Shown here: positions 35,971-46,075 of the stretch, in pieces
Layout: each line of letters opens with the position of its first letter
Numbering within the stretch: position 1 is the stretch's first letter
NCBI GenBank assembly: GCA_044868325.1
Contig: JBIOWI010000354.1
Span: forward strand, 1-60,602
Origin: Hyphomicrobiaceae bacterium
GTDB taxonomy: Bacteria > Pseudomonadota > Alphaproteobacteria > Rhizobiales > Hyphomicrobiaceae
Reading direction: 5' to 3'
Length of the DNA stretch: 60,602 nucleotides
Notes under the pieces: model-generated
Databases searched by the model: none
What the model saw: the letters and a program-made list of their open reading frames with translations, nothing else
Told to the model about the DNA's origin: nothing
Translations under genes and position numbers: made by a program

Positions 35971-37227
35971 ATGACTGACACCGGCAAGACAAGCGGGGCC
36001 CGGGGCGGGAAACGGGACACGTCGGGCAGCGCGCTCTCCAGGCGCGGCTTCGTCCACGCGCTCGGCGCCTGCGCGGGAGCCGCGGCCGTCGGCGCCGCCG
36101 CGGCCCGCGCCCAAGCCCCGTCAGGCCCCGTAGCGCCGCCGAGCACCGTGACGACGCCGCCGCGCGACTTCGGTCCGAACGGCGCGCCTACGACGTATTT
36201 CTGGGACCCGGACGTGATTGCGGTCGATCCGAGCTTCAACGGCCTGGCGCAGCCCAATGCGCCGATCCAGCGGCTGTGGACGGGGGCGCTGTGGTCGGAA
36301 GGGCCGGCCTGGAACGCGCAGGGGCGCTACCTTGTCTGGAGCGACATTCCCAACAACCGGCAGCTCAGGTGGCTGGAGGACGACGGCCGCGTCAGCGTGT
36401 TCCGCCTGCCGTCCAACAACAGCAACGGCAACACCTTCGATTTCCAGGGGCGCCAGCTCTCCTGCGAGCACCTGACCCGGCGCGTGGTGCGCTACGAGCT
36501 GGACGGGTCGGTGACGGTGATCGCCGACAGCTACGACGGTAAGCGGCTCAACTCGCCCAACGACGTGGTGCCGCATCCCGACGGCAGCACCTGGTTCACC
36601 GACCCGCCCTACGGCGGCCAGCTCTACGAAGGCACGCCAGATGCCGCCGGCGGACCGAGCAACGCCGCGGGGCGCCTCAAGAACCGGCTGGGCCAACCCC
36701 CGGAGATCGGTGCGGCCAGGCGCGAGCTCCCCACCAACTGCTATCGCGTGGACCCCAGTGGGAGGATCGACCTCGTCGTCACCGAGGAGCAGGTGCCAGA
36801 CCCCAACGGCCTGTGCTTCTCGCCGGACCATAAGAGGCTCTACGTGGCGAGCACGGGCAAGGGGCCGGGCGACACCGGCCCTGGCGGCAAGGGCGAGGTG
36901 TACGCGTTCGACGTGGGCGCCGACAACAAGCTCTCCAACCGCAAGCTGTTCAGCGACTGCATGGTGGACGGCGTCAAGTGCGGCCCCGACGGCCTGCGCA
37001 CCGATGTCGAGGGCAACCTGTGGGCGTCGAGCAATGCCGGCCGCGCCGTCGGATATAGCGGGGTGACGGTCTGGTCGCCCGAGGGCAAGCTGCTGGGCCG
37101 CATCCGCCTGCCGGAGGTGTGCGGCAACGTCTGCTTCGGCGGCCCCAAGCGCAACCGCCTGTTCATGGCCGCGAGCCAGTCGCTCTATGCGCTCTATGTC
37201 GCCACGCAGGGGTCGGCTCCGGGGTAG
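35971..37227 (+). CDS. SMP-30/gluconolactonase/LRE-family protein with a Tat-type signal
   Basis: SRRGFVHALGACAGAAAVGAAAARA twin-arginine leader, plus beta-propeller lactonase motifs (EGPAW, NSPNDVV, PNGLCFSPD). An alternative start lies at 35923. Confidence 0.85.
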   Translation: MTDTGKTSGARGGKRDTSGSALSRRGFVHALGACAGAAAVGAAAARAQAPSGPVAPPSTVTTPPRDFGPNGAPTTYFWDPDVIAVDPSFNGLAQPNAPIQRLWTGALWSEGPAWNAQGRYLVWSDIPNNRQLRWLEDDGRVSVFRLPSNNSNGNTFDFQGRQLSCEHLTRRVVRYELDGSVTVIADSYDGKRLNSPNDVVPHPDGSTWFTDPPYGGQLYEGTPDAAGGPSNAAGRLKNRLGQPPEIGAARRELPTNCYRVDPSGRIDLVVTEEQVPDPNGLCFSPDHKRLYVASTGKGPGDTGPGGKGEVYAFDVGADNKLSNRKLFSDCMVDGVKCGPDGLRTDVEGNLWASSNAGRAVGYSGVTVWSPEGKLLGRIRLPEVCGNVCFGGPKRNRLFMAASQSLYALYVATQGSAPG

Positions 37228-37396
37228 GGCACGGACGCAATTGGGCGCACGGCGGAAGTGCCACTCACGGCCGACGTTCTCGCTGCAGGCGGGGACGGTG
37301 AGGTTGTGCCACACGTGGACATCCGGCTCACCGGTTTCTAGCGTGCTTGAACTCGAAGTGTTGGCGCAGATGTGTCAAGTTTCATGTGCCGAGATT

Positions 37397-37467
37397 TTCG
37401 GCAGTCGGGCGTCGGCAGTCGCAAATTTCATCGCACGACTGCCGAAGCCCGATTGCCGACGGCCGAA
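37397..37467. repeat. Family B flavour 2 copy (GTCGGCAGTCG units)
   Basis: TTCGGCAGTCG pairs with CGACTGCCGAA, and GGGCGTCGGCAGTCG with CGATTGCCGACGGCC. It shares GGGCGTCGGCAGTCGCAAA and GACTGCCGAAGC with 22530-22633. Confidence 0.85.
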
Positions 37468-37509
37468 CATGTCTCGTCGGTCTGAGACGGAGCATCGCTA
37501 GGATTCCAT

Positions 37510-38019
37510 ATGCCCTCTGAGAAAAGGCCTCACGAGCTGATCCGAGACCTGGTTGCCGAACGAGCAAGCTGGTCTGACGCTGATGTAATAGCCGAAATTG
37601 AGCAGCTGCCCCCGCTCGCGGACGAAGGCGATCCGATTTGGAATGACGAACGCTACTGGAGCAATTTTGCCTACCGCTATGTCGCTTTGAGCGATGTAGC
37701 GGCTGAAAGGCAATTGCGTCCGGCTGTCCGCCTGCACTTGGAGCGCGCCTGTAACGGCGATCCTGGGGAGATGATGCGGGGGCTTCGTCATGCCTGGGAA
37801 TGCATTTTCAATCCCGACTGGACCGCGCTCGCTGACGTTTGCATAGAGTTGTCCGCATCGAAACGCCCGGGCACTCGGCGTTGGGCAATCGACCAGCTAC
37901 TGGTCTTGGATGACCCAAGGGCTCGGCAGGTCTTTGACAATGCACTGCATGACGAAATCGACGAAATTCGGCAAATCGCCGCCATTGGCCTGCAAAGACT
38001 CGACCGCGTGTCGGAGTGA
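37510..38019 (+). CDS. hypothetical protein, possibly HEAT/ARM-like helical repeats
   Basis: 169 aa, helical, with an ending (RRWAIDQLLVLDDPRARQVFDNALHDEIDEIRQIAAIGL) resembling HEAT-repeat units. It lies in the AT-richer islet. Confidence 0.5.
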   Translation: MPSEKRPHELIRDLVAERASWSDADVIAEIEQLPPLADEGDPIWNDERYWSNFAYRYVALSDVAAERQLRPAVRLHLERACNGDPGEMMRGLRHAWECIFNPDWTALADVCIELSASKRPGTRRWAIDQLLVLDDPRARQVFDNALHDEIDEIRQIAAIGLQRLDRVSE

Positions 38020-38176
38020 CCGCTTCGGGTGACAAAGTTGCTGGCTCGTGCAGAGCGGGAGATTGCATCCTTAGCGCAAGCGATCGAGACCCAGCGGGGC
38101 ACGGATCTCATCGACGGGCCGAAACACTCGGTGCTTGCAAGCACCCCAGATCGGCGCGTTCAACGTTTTTTGCACC

Positions 38177-38521
38177 TTACTGTTCCTTCGACATAAGGAA
38201 CCGATGGTTCTGATAACCGTACAGAGCAGGATTGTAAGAGGGATAGTTTTGAATAGTCAGTTTGGCGTTATGATCGTAACCCCCGGAGCCACAAAGCTCT
38301 CTCGCTCGTGCGTGCCAATATTTCAGCGCGGCTTGAGGCAGAGTATATGCATTTACCAAGTAAGTCAATCGGTAAACTCCGTCTCCAATCTTTTCGTCTG
38401 TGTAGCCAAGCCCATCCAATATGGTCTTTTGCTGATACCCAGTTTCACATCCGCTGAGGATCAACATCAACGGCACGGTAGTAAGGAACCTTGCGACAAG
38501 AACCATGCTAAGGTGCCCCAT
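38177..38521 (-). CDS. lipoprotein (resembles the CC0125/CC1285-type lipoprotein pattern)
   Basis: Lipobox LILSGC. The mature part is ~95 aa with GLGYTDEKIGDGVYRLTYLVN...ARARELCG. The local sequence is clearly AT-richer than its surroundings. Confidence 0.6.
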   Translation of the reverse strand: MGHLSMVLVARFLTTVPLMLILSGCETGYQQKTILDGLGYTDEKIGDGVYRLTYLVNAYTLPQAALKYWHARARELCGSGGYDHNAKLTIQNYPSYNPALYGYQNHRFLMSKEQ

Positions 38522-39000
38522 TTTTCTGAAACGGATTGTACGCTTGATGCGACTTTGATGGCGTCGACGGCTGGAGGTTTGAAAGCTATCGGTGGCTACC
38601 TCATTGAGCAACTATTTCACGAGCAGAATCTCGCAGTTCGTGTCTTGTGAGCCACAAATGTGGCACCTACTCCGCGTATCCGATCACCGGCATCGCGGGG
38701 TTGCTGGGCTTGCGCCATAAGGCGCCCATGCGATCGCAGTGTTGCCGAGAAGTATATGAACTCTGTCGTCTCATTCGATCCCTTCCTCGAGCGGGGGCAA
38801 GGGATATCAAAGTTCTCGCCTGAGGCGATTGCTGCCTGCAACCAAGTGCGCAAGACTATGGCCGGTAGGTCGCTGAGATGTGGCCGTTAACGACGGCTCA
38901 ATCAAGCCGGGCCAATCGCGTTTGGCCCGGACGGGCGCCGGCTATAGTGCCTCCTATGCGAGACCCGCGCCACACCCCAACCAGCACCAGGAGGCATGCC

Positions 39001-39231
39001 ATGACCACCTGCGCCTGCGGCAACTGCCAGTTCTTCGACAACCAGAGCAAGGCGGCCATGAAGCCGAAGGAGAAGGACAGCGGCCTGTGCCGGTACAATC
39101 CGCCGATGCCGCACTCCTCCGCCAACGGCCAGGCCGGCGAGGGTCACGGCGTGTGGCCCGTGGTGGCGAGGAAGGACTGGTGCGGCCACTTCGCGGCCAC
39201 CGTGGAGCGTTTTATGACGGCGGCGGAGTAG
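39001..39231 (+). CDS. small Cys-rich hypothetical protein
   Basis: 76 aa: MTTCACGNCQFFDN...GLCRYNPP...WPVVARKDWCGHF. Five Cys suggest metal binding. I recognise no family. Confidence 0.45.
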   Translation: MTTCACGNCQFFDNQSKAAMKPKEKDSGLCRYNPPMPHSSANGQAGEGHGVWPVVARKDWCGHFAATVERFMTAAE

Positions 39232-39238
39232 CTCTATA

Positions 39239-39338
39239 GGTTGGGTTAGCCGCGAAGCGGCGTAACCCAACATGGCAAATCGCAACGGTGGTGCCTGCCT
39301 GCGGTGGGTTACGGCCCTGCGGGCCTAACCCACCCTAC
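39239..39338. repeat. Family C double hairpin (GGGTTA..TAACCC type, ends in CCACCCTAC)
   Basis: GGTTGGGTTAGCCGCgaaGCGGCGTAACCCAAC plus CATGGCAAATCGCAAC, then GGTGGGTTACGGCCCtgcGGGCCTAACCCACC plus CTAC. Confidence 0.8.
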
Positions 39339-39342
39339 GCGG

Positions 39343-39978
39343 CTACTTCAGCTCCTCGAGCCGCCTCGGGCAGCGGTCGTGCACGAACTTGTTGATCTCG
39401 CGGATGAGGTCGCTGTGCACGATGCCGAAGGTGTCCTCGAGCTGGGCGGCGGTCCAGATGGCGCCCTTGACCACAGTGGGCGCCTCGATGGTGCCGATGC
39501 CGAGCCAGGCCTTGGTGGCCTTGCCGTCCTTGAACTGGAACTTGGGCGACAGGGCCACGGAGACCTTCAACACCTCCTTCTCGCGCTCCACGTCGCACTT
39601 CACCGTATGCGTGCCGAGCTTGTACTCGTATTCCGGCTTGGTGAGCGCATCCAGCATCTCCTGACGCTTGGCCGTCAGGTCGATGGCGCAGCGCACGTCG
39701 CCGAAGCCCCAGGTGAGCTTCTTCTGCTCCACCCCCTCCTTGATCTTGGATCCGGCCCAGGTCTTCTGCAGCGCGCACTGCAGGTCTCCCCCCGCCGCGT
39801 CGCGCTTGACGAGGATGCCGCAGAGGCTCTTCTCGCACGCCTCCAGCTTGCCCTTCTCGCCCTTGTCCTCCTCCAACGCGAAAGCGCTGCCGGCCATGAT
39901 CCCGAGCATGGACCCGGCTACCGCCAGGCCCAGCGCCACTCCCGCCGACAGCCAACCCGCACACGTCGCTCGACGCAT
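39343..39978 (-). CDS. secreted Lys/Glu-rich six-cysteine protein (hypothetical)
   Basis: Signal peptide MRRATCAGWLSAGVALGLAVAGSMLGIMAGSAFA. The mature part is ~180 aa with 6 Cys and a high Lys content that is unusual for this genome. Confidence 0.6.
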   Translation of the reverse strand: MRRATCAGWLSAGVALGLAVAGSMLGIMAGSAFALEEDKGEKGKLEACEKSLCGILVKRDAAGGDLQCALQKTWAGSKIKEGVEQKKLTWGFGDVRCAIDLTAKRQEMLDALTKPEYEYKLGTHTVKCDVEREKEVLKVSVALSPKFQFKDGKATKAWLGIGTIEAPTVVKGAIWTAAQLEDTFGIVHSDLIREINKFVHDRCPRRLEELK

Positions 39979-40227
39979 GAAAAGCCCCCAATATTGACCA
40001 CCCGTGCCACCTCGCCGGGGCCGGCTTCCCAGCCCGCAGCCCCGATGGCCGCACCTTCCTACGCGGCAATCCCGGCGCGTCAATGTCAGGTTGCGCATCG
40101 AACGCCTTCCTCCACACCCAAGAGGATTCCGGGCCACGGCACACCCGGCAAAGCGCGCCGTGACGGCATCGCCCGGCCGGCCGGGGCATGGCCACAGTGG
40201 AGGCCTCCACGGGGGCTGGCCGCCGCC

Positions 40228-41523
40228 TCAGTAGCGCGAGCCCGAGCCGGCTGCGGGCGCCTGCAGGTACCGCAGGGCCTTGCGCTGCTCGCCCAGCTGC
40301 TGGGCGGAGACGGGAGCCGGCCCGGCGCTGAGCGCGTTGTATTGCCGGCCGAGCTCAAGGATATGCGCGCTCGGGCTCGGAACCGACGCCGCGTAGGCGT
40401 TGATATCGAGAGCGTTCTGCCTGAGCAGCGCCTGTGCCTCCTCGAGCTTGCCGGCATCGCGCAACTCCACCACCTGGCGGCTGCGCTCGTTCACCACCTG
40501 CTCCACCACGGCTTCCGCCACCTTGGGGTCGGCGCCGGCCGCCACCTCCGCATCCGAGCCGGTGAAGCGGCCGCGCACGGCGGCGGCGAGCGTCTGCCGG
40601 CCGCCGTCCGGCGCCTGCGTGTAGGACACCGTCACGGTGCCGAGCTCCCGCTCGCCGGCCACGGCCTGGTCCTTGTCCACCTCGACCTCCAGGAGGACGT
40701 AGTGCTCCGTCGCCGCATAGACCTGGTTCAGGCTGAACTGGGCGGAGGAGCCGGCGATGGCGCCGTCGCGGGAGAGGGCCTTGACGGCGCGGACGCCCGG
40801 CTTCAGCTCGATCTCGATCGAGACCGTCTGGGCGCAGGCGGCGAGCACATCGTTGAACTCGCGGTTGAAGATTTGGACGAGGTCGGACGGGTCGCGGGCG
40901 AAGGCGTGGTTGCCGTCGCTCGCGCGCGCCAGCGCCAGCATCAGATCCTCGTTGTAGCCGAGCCCGAGGCCGATGGTGCTGACGGAGATGCCCTCGGCCA
41001 GCAGGGCGCGGCCGAGCAGGGCGAACTCGTCGGGCCGCCTGGGGCCCACATTGGCCTGGCCGTCGGAGAGCAGGACGACCCTGTTGAGCCGGCCGGCGTC
41101 CTTGAACTTGCGCACCTCGGCGGCGCCCGTGAGCACGCCGGCGTGGATGGCGGTCGAGCCGCGCACCCCGACCCGGCGGATCGCGTCCGCGAACAGGCCC
41201 GGATCGGCCACCGGCTGGGCCGGGAGCAGGACGTCCACCTGGTCGTCGAAGATCGCCACGGAGGCGACATCGCCGCCCTGCAGCCGTCTGACGGCCATGA
41301 CGGCCGCCTCACGGGCCTGGGCGATGCGGTCGCCCTGCATGGAGCCTGAGCGGTCGATGACGAAGGCGACGTTGACGGGCGTGCGGCCCGTCGCCGGCTC
41401 CGGCCGGCAGCCGCCGAGGCCGACGCGGAGATAGTTCTTGGCCGCCGCGCCGTCCTTCATGACGGGCTGGGCGAGCCTGGCGTCGAGAGCAATGGCGTCG
41501 GCGGCGCGGGCGGACGGCCCCAC
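40228..41523 (-). CDS. von Willebrand factor type A (VWA) domain protein; the N-terminal signal peptide lies in another frame
   Basis: VAFVIDRSGSMQGDRI (MIDAS DxSxS), a VWA fold, then a helical C-terminal region. The ORF begins at GTG 41523. An upstream 41578 ATG encodes a signal-like peptide in a different frame (see findings). Confidence 0.8.
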   Translation of the reverse strand: MGPSARAADAIALDARLAQPVMKDGAAAKNYLRVGLGGCRPEPATGRTPVNVAFVIDRSGSMQGDRIAQAREAAVMAVRRLQGGDVASVAIFDDQVDVLLPAQPVADPGLFADAIRRVGVRGSTAIHAGVLTGAAEVRKFKDAGRLNRVVLLSDGQANVGPRRPDEFALLGRALLAEGISVSTIGLGLGYNEDLMLALARASDGNHAFARDPSDLVQIFNREFNDVLAACAQTVSIEIELKPGVRAVKALSRDGAIAGSSAQFSLNQVYAATEHYVLLEVEVDKDQAVAGERELGTVTVSYTQAPDGGRQTLAAAVRGRFTGSDAEVAAGADPKVAEAVVEQVVNERSRQVVELRDAGKLEEAQALLRQNALDINAYAASVPSPSAHILELGRQYNALSAGPAPVSAQQLGEQRKALRYLQAPAAGSGSRY

Positions 41524-41688
41524 AAGCGCGCCGCCCAGTCATGGCGAGGGCCAGGGCGGCCACGGTTCGATAAGTCATTAGAGCAACCCCAATCTGCTGG
41601 TCGCCCCCCGGCCCTTGGGTGTCACGACGCGCGGGCGGAAGTGGGGTGGAAGGGTGTCAATTCGGGGCTCGGGAGGGCTCAGGGGGAG

Positions 41689-41790
41689 TGTAAGGCAGTA
41701 GGGAGTAGGGAATAGGGAATAGGGAGTAGGGCAATAGTCGCTCGGCGATTGCCGCACTCCCTACTCCCTACTCCCTACTCCCTACTCACC
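41689..41790. repeat. Family B flavour 3 copy (GTAGGGA/GTAGGGC units)
   Basis: GTGTAAGGCAGTAGGGAGTAGGGAATAGGGAATAGGGAGTAGGGCAATAG pairs with GCACTCCCTACTCCCTACTCCCTACTCCCTACTCACC. Confidence 0.9.
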
Positions 41791-41873
41791 TGGTAACGCT
41801 TTCTTAAGCATGCGCACGCAAGCTCCGCTGCGCGCTGTCGAAGCGCACCCCCACGCCTCCGGGACCCCGAACG

Positions 41874-42392
41874 ATGCCCTCCGCGCTCAAGGCGGCGCCC
41901 GCACGCCTGTCCCCCAGCCTGCACGAGGCCAACAACGACACCGGCCGGGTGGCGTTCTGCGGGCCGATCGTGGTGAGCGCCATCACCGGCTACTCGGTGA
42001 GCAAGGTAGAGGCGGAGGTGCACGCCTTCCGCAACGCCGCGCCATTGGACTCCAATGGCCGCGGGGGCGTCGTGAAGGGCACCTACCCGGAGGATGTGGC
42101 CGCGGCGCTCGCCCACTTCGGCTATCGCATGGAGCTGAAGGAGAGCTACATGCACCTGCCCCGCAAGGAGCGCCCTTCCCTGTGGGGGAGCTGGATGCAG
42201 CGCCAGCGTAACCCGTGGGTGCACTACATCCTGGCCCTGCATGTGGGCAAGCAGGGCCACTGGGTGGTGATCAAGGGCGTCAAGGTGTGCGACACCTACA
42301 GCAACGGCGCCTGGCAATTCGTGTGCGACTGGCCGCACAAGTCCAAGCGCATCATGGAGGTCTACGAGGTGCGCCGGGCGCTGGGCGTATAG
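41874..42392 (+). CDS. hypothetical protein with papain-fold/C39-like Cys...His signature
   Basis: AFCGPIVVSAITGYS and, ~95 aa later, GKQGHWVVIKGVKVCDTYSNG resemble the catalytic Cys and His/Asp motifs of C39-like peptidases. Composition is natural, unlike the antisense ORF. Confidence 0.5.
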   Translation: MPSALKAAPARLSPSLHEANNDTGRVAFCGPIVVSAITGYSVSKVEAEVHAFRNAAPLDSNGRGGVVKGTYPEDVAAALAHFGYRMELKESYMHLPRKERPSLWGSWMQRQRNPWVHYILALHVGKQGHWVVIKGVKVCDTYSNGAWQFVCDWPHKSKRIMEVYEVRRALGV

Positions 42393-42675
42393 GGGCCGTC
42401 AACCAGGTGCCTGTCGCGACGTGCCAGTTGCGGAACCTCCGTGGGTCCTCCGCTATCGCACCCGACTCGCCCGAACGCTCAGCCACCGATCATCCGGCCT
42501 TCCGATGTACCGACGTCGGAGCTCCTCTCGATCTCGAATCTACGGCCGCAAATCTGCCGCAACTCCCGTGGCAAGCTCCGGCAACGTCCCGGCATGCGAC
42601 GTCCTTCGCAAGTACCGCGTTGTCAGCCAGCTCGCAGAATGTCGGGCAGCAGCGGTGTCGAGGAGGCTAACGCAT

Positions 42676-42978
42676 ATGAATTGGAATCACATCGTATACG
42701 CGGCAGCGGCTCTTGCGGTGCTGGTGGGTAGCAGCGCTTTCACCATCAACACTGCTGAGGCGCATAGACGCGGACACTACTTCTATGGCGGCGGATTTGG
42801 CGATCCCTTCTACTACCGCACCCCCCACTACTACAACGCGCCCTACGACGCTCCCTACGACGATACGCCCTACTACGATGGCGGAGACTGCGCCTGGTTA
42901 CAGCGCAATGCTGTTGCGACGGGTATGCGCCTTTGGAAGGACCGCTACCAGGAGTGCCTACGTAACCGGAAAAAGTGA
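42676..42978 (+). CDS. secreted Tyr-rich small protein
   Basis: AGGAGG RBS. Signal MNWNHIVYAAAALAVLVGSSAFTINTAEA. The mature part is ~70 aa with 13 Tyr (HYFYGGGFGDPFYYRTPHYYNAPYDAPYDDTPYYDGG) and a 2-Cys C-terminal helix. Confidence 0.6.
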   Translation: MNWNHIVYAAAALAVLVGSSAFTINTAEAHRRGHYFYGGGFGDPFYYRTPHYYNAPYDAPYDDTPYYDGGDCAWLQRNAVATGMRLWKDRYQECLRNRKK

Positions 42979-42984
42979 CGGACC

Positions 42985-43491
42985 CTACCTCAGCAACAAT
43001 GCCATCATGGCTTCGTCGTAATCGCGACCATCGTGGCGTAGGGCCCGAGGTTCGACACCATTGGTGACGAACCCCATGCTGCGATAGAATCCGTATGCGG
43101 CCGCATTGGTCGTCACAACACGAAGGTGGATCTGATCCACTAGCTCGCGTGCATGGTCAATGATGGCCGCAACCAACTTGCGGCCGACGCCGCGACGACG
43201 GTGAGCGGAGGCCACGTACATTCCCCAAAGCACGCCGCGGTGAGACATTTTGGGCCCGCCAAGAATGTAGAACCCCGCAGTTCCGACAACCTTGCCACCG
43301 TCGAACGCTGCAAACGGTGGGAACGGCCCGGAGACCGTACTCTCGAAATCCGAGAGTGGTTGCCGTTCGGCGTGCTCCAGGGTCTGGCCGAAAGCCTCCG
43401 GCGCGTCCCGCAAGGAGTCGATCCTGATGCGCCGCCAAACTCCAGCTTCTGTGGGCGTAAAGCGACGCACCACAAGTTGCGGCTCATCCAT
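42985..43491 (-). CDS. GNAT-family N-acetyltransferase
   Basis: 168 aa with an acetyl-CoA motif region, RRRGVGRKL, and YGFYRSMGF. Confidence 0.85.
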   Translation of the reverse strand: MDEPQLVVRRFTPTEAGVWRRIRIDSLRDAPEAFGQTLEHAERQPLSDFESTVSGPFPPFAAFDGGKVVGTAGFYILGGPKMSHRGVLWGMYVASAHRRRGVGRKLVAAIIDHARELVDQIHLRVVTTNAAAYGFYRSMGFVTNGVEPRALRHDGRDYDEAMMALLLR

Positions 43492-43677
43492 CGCGGTTCA
43501 TCCAGCCTAACAACCTCAGCCGTTCTGAGAGGATAGCGCATGGACGACCACCGACTCCAGCGGCGGCACCGAGAGGTCGGCTCCGGGTCACACCCCGTAA
43601 GGCTCTCACTAAGCAGAACGCGTCCGCCCAGCACCTTGAATCATACAACGTATGTGATGAGTACACGCCCTGGTCCG

Positions 43678-45765
<2,088 letters not shown>

Positions 45766-46075
45766 CCTCCCCGTCTCCCTTCACCGGCCAAGTCTGCCCT
45801 TGGGGCCTGCTTCTTGGAGTACGTCCGACGTACTCTGGTATACCAAGTGCTAACCCAAGTCCTCAGGCTTGGGCAAGGGCGCTCGGCTTCCAGGCCCAAG
45901 GCTCTCACATGCGACGCTGTCGCTCAAGGCGCCTTAGTTTGCAGCCTATTGTCGCCTTAACCTTCCCTGCCCATCCTGGGAGATGCTCCCCATATAGGAA
46001 CGCGTCGCCTGCGACGGGTCCCGCGACGGGGCGCGTTTGGTGCCGACAGGGAAACTCGACAGGCGAGCTCGACTT

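Noticed and set aside
38135-38650. 171-aa plus-strand ORF opposite the lipoprotein gene.
   Set aside because: The minus-strand frame has a proper lipobox and signal peptide. The plus frame has no start context and an odd composition.
38617-38890. Two overlapping small ORFs (78 aa on the minus strand, 76 aa on the plus strand) in the AT-richer spacer.
   Set aside because: Neither has an RBS or recognisable motifs, and they overlap antisense. They may be remnants of a decayed gene, and I do not call either as a CDS.
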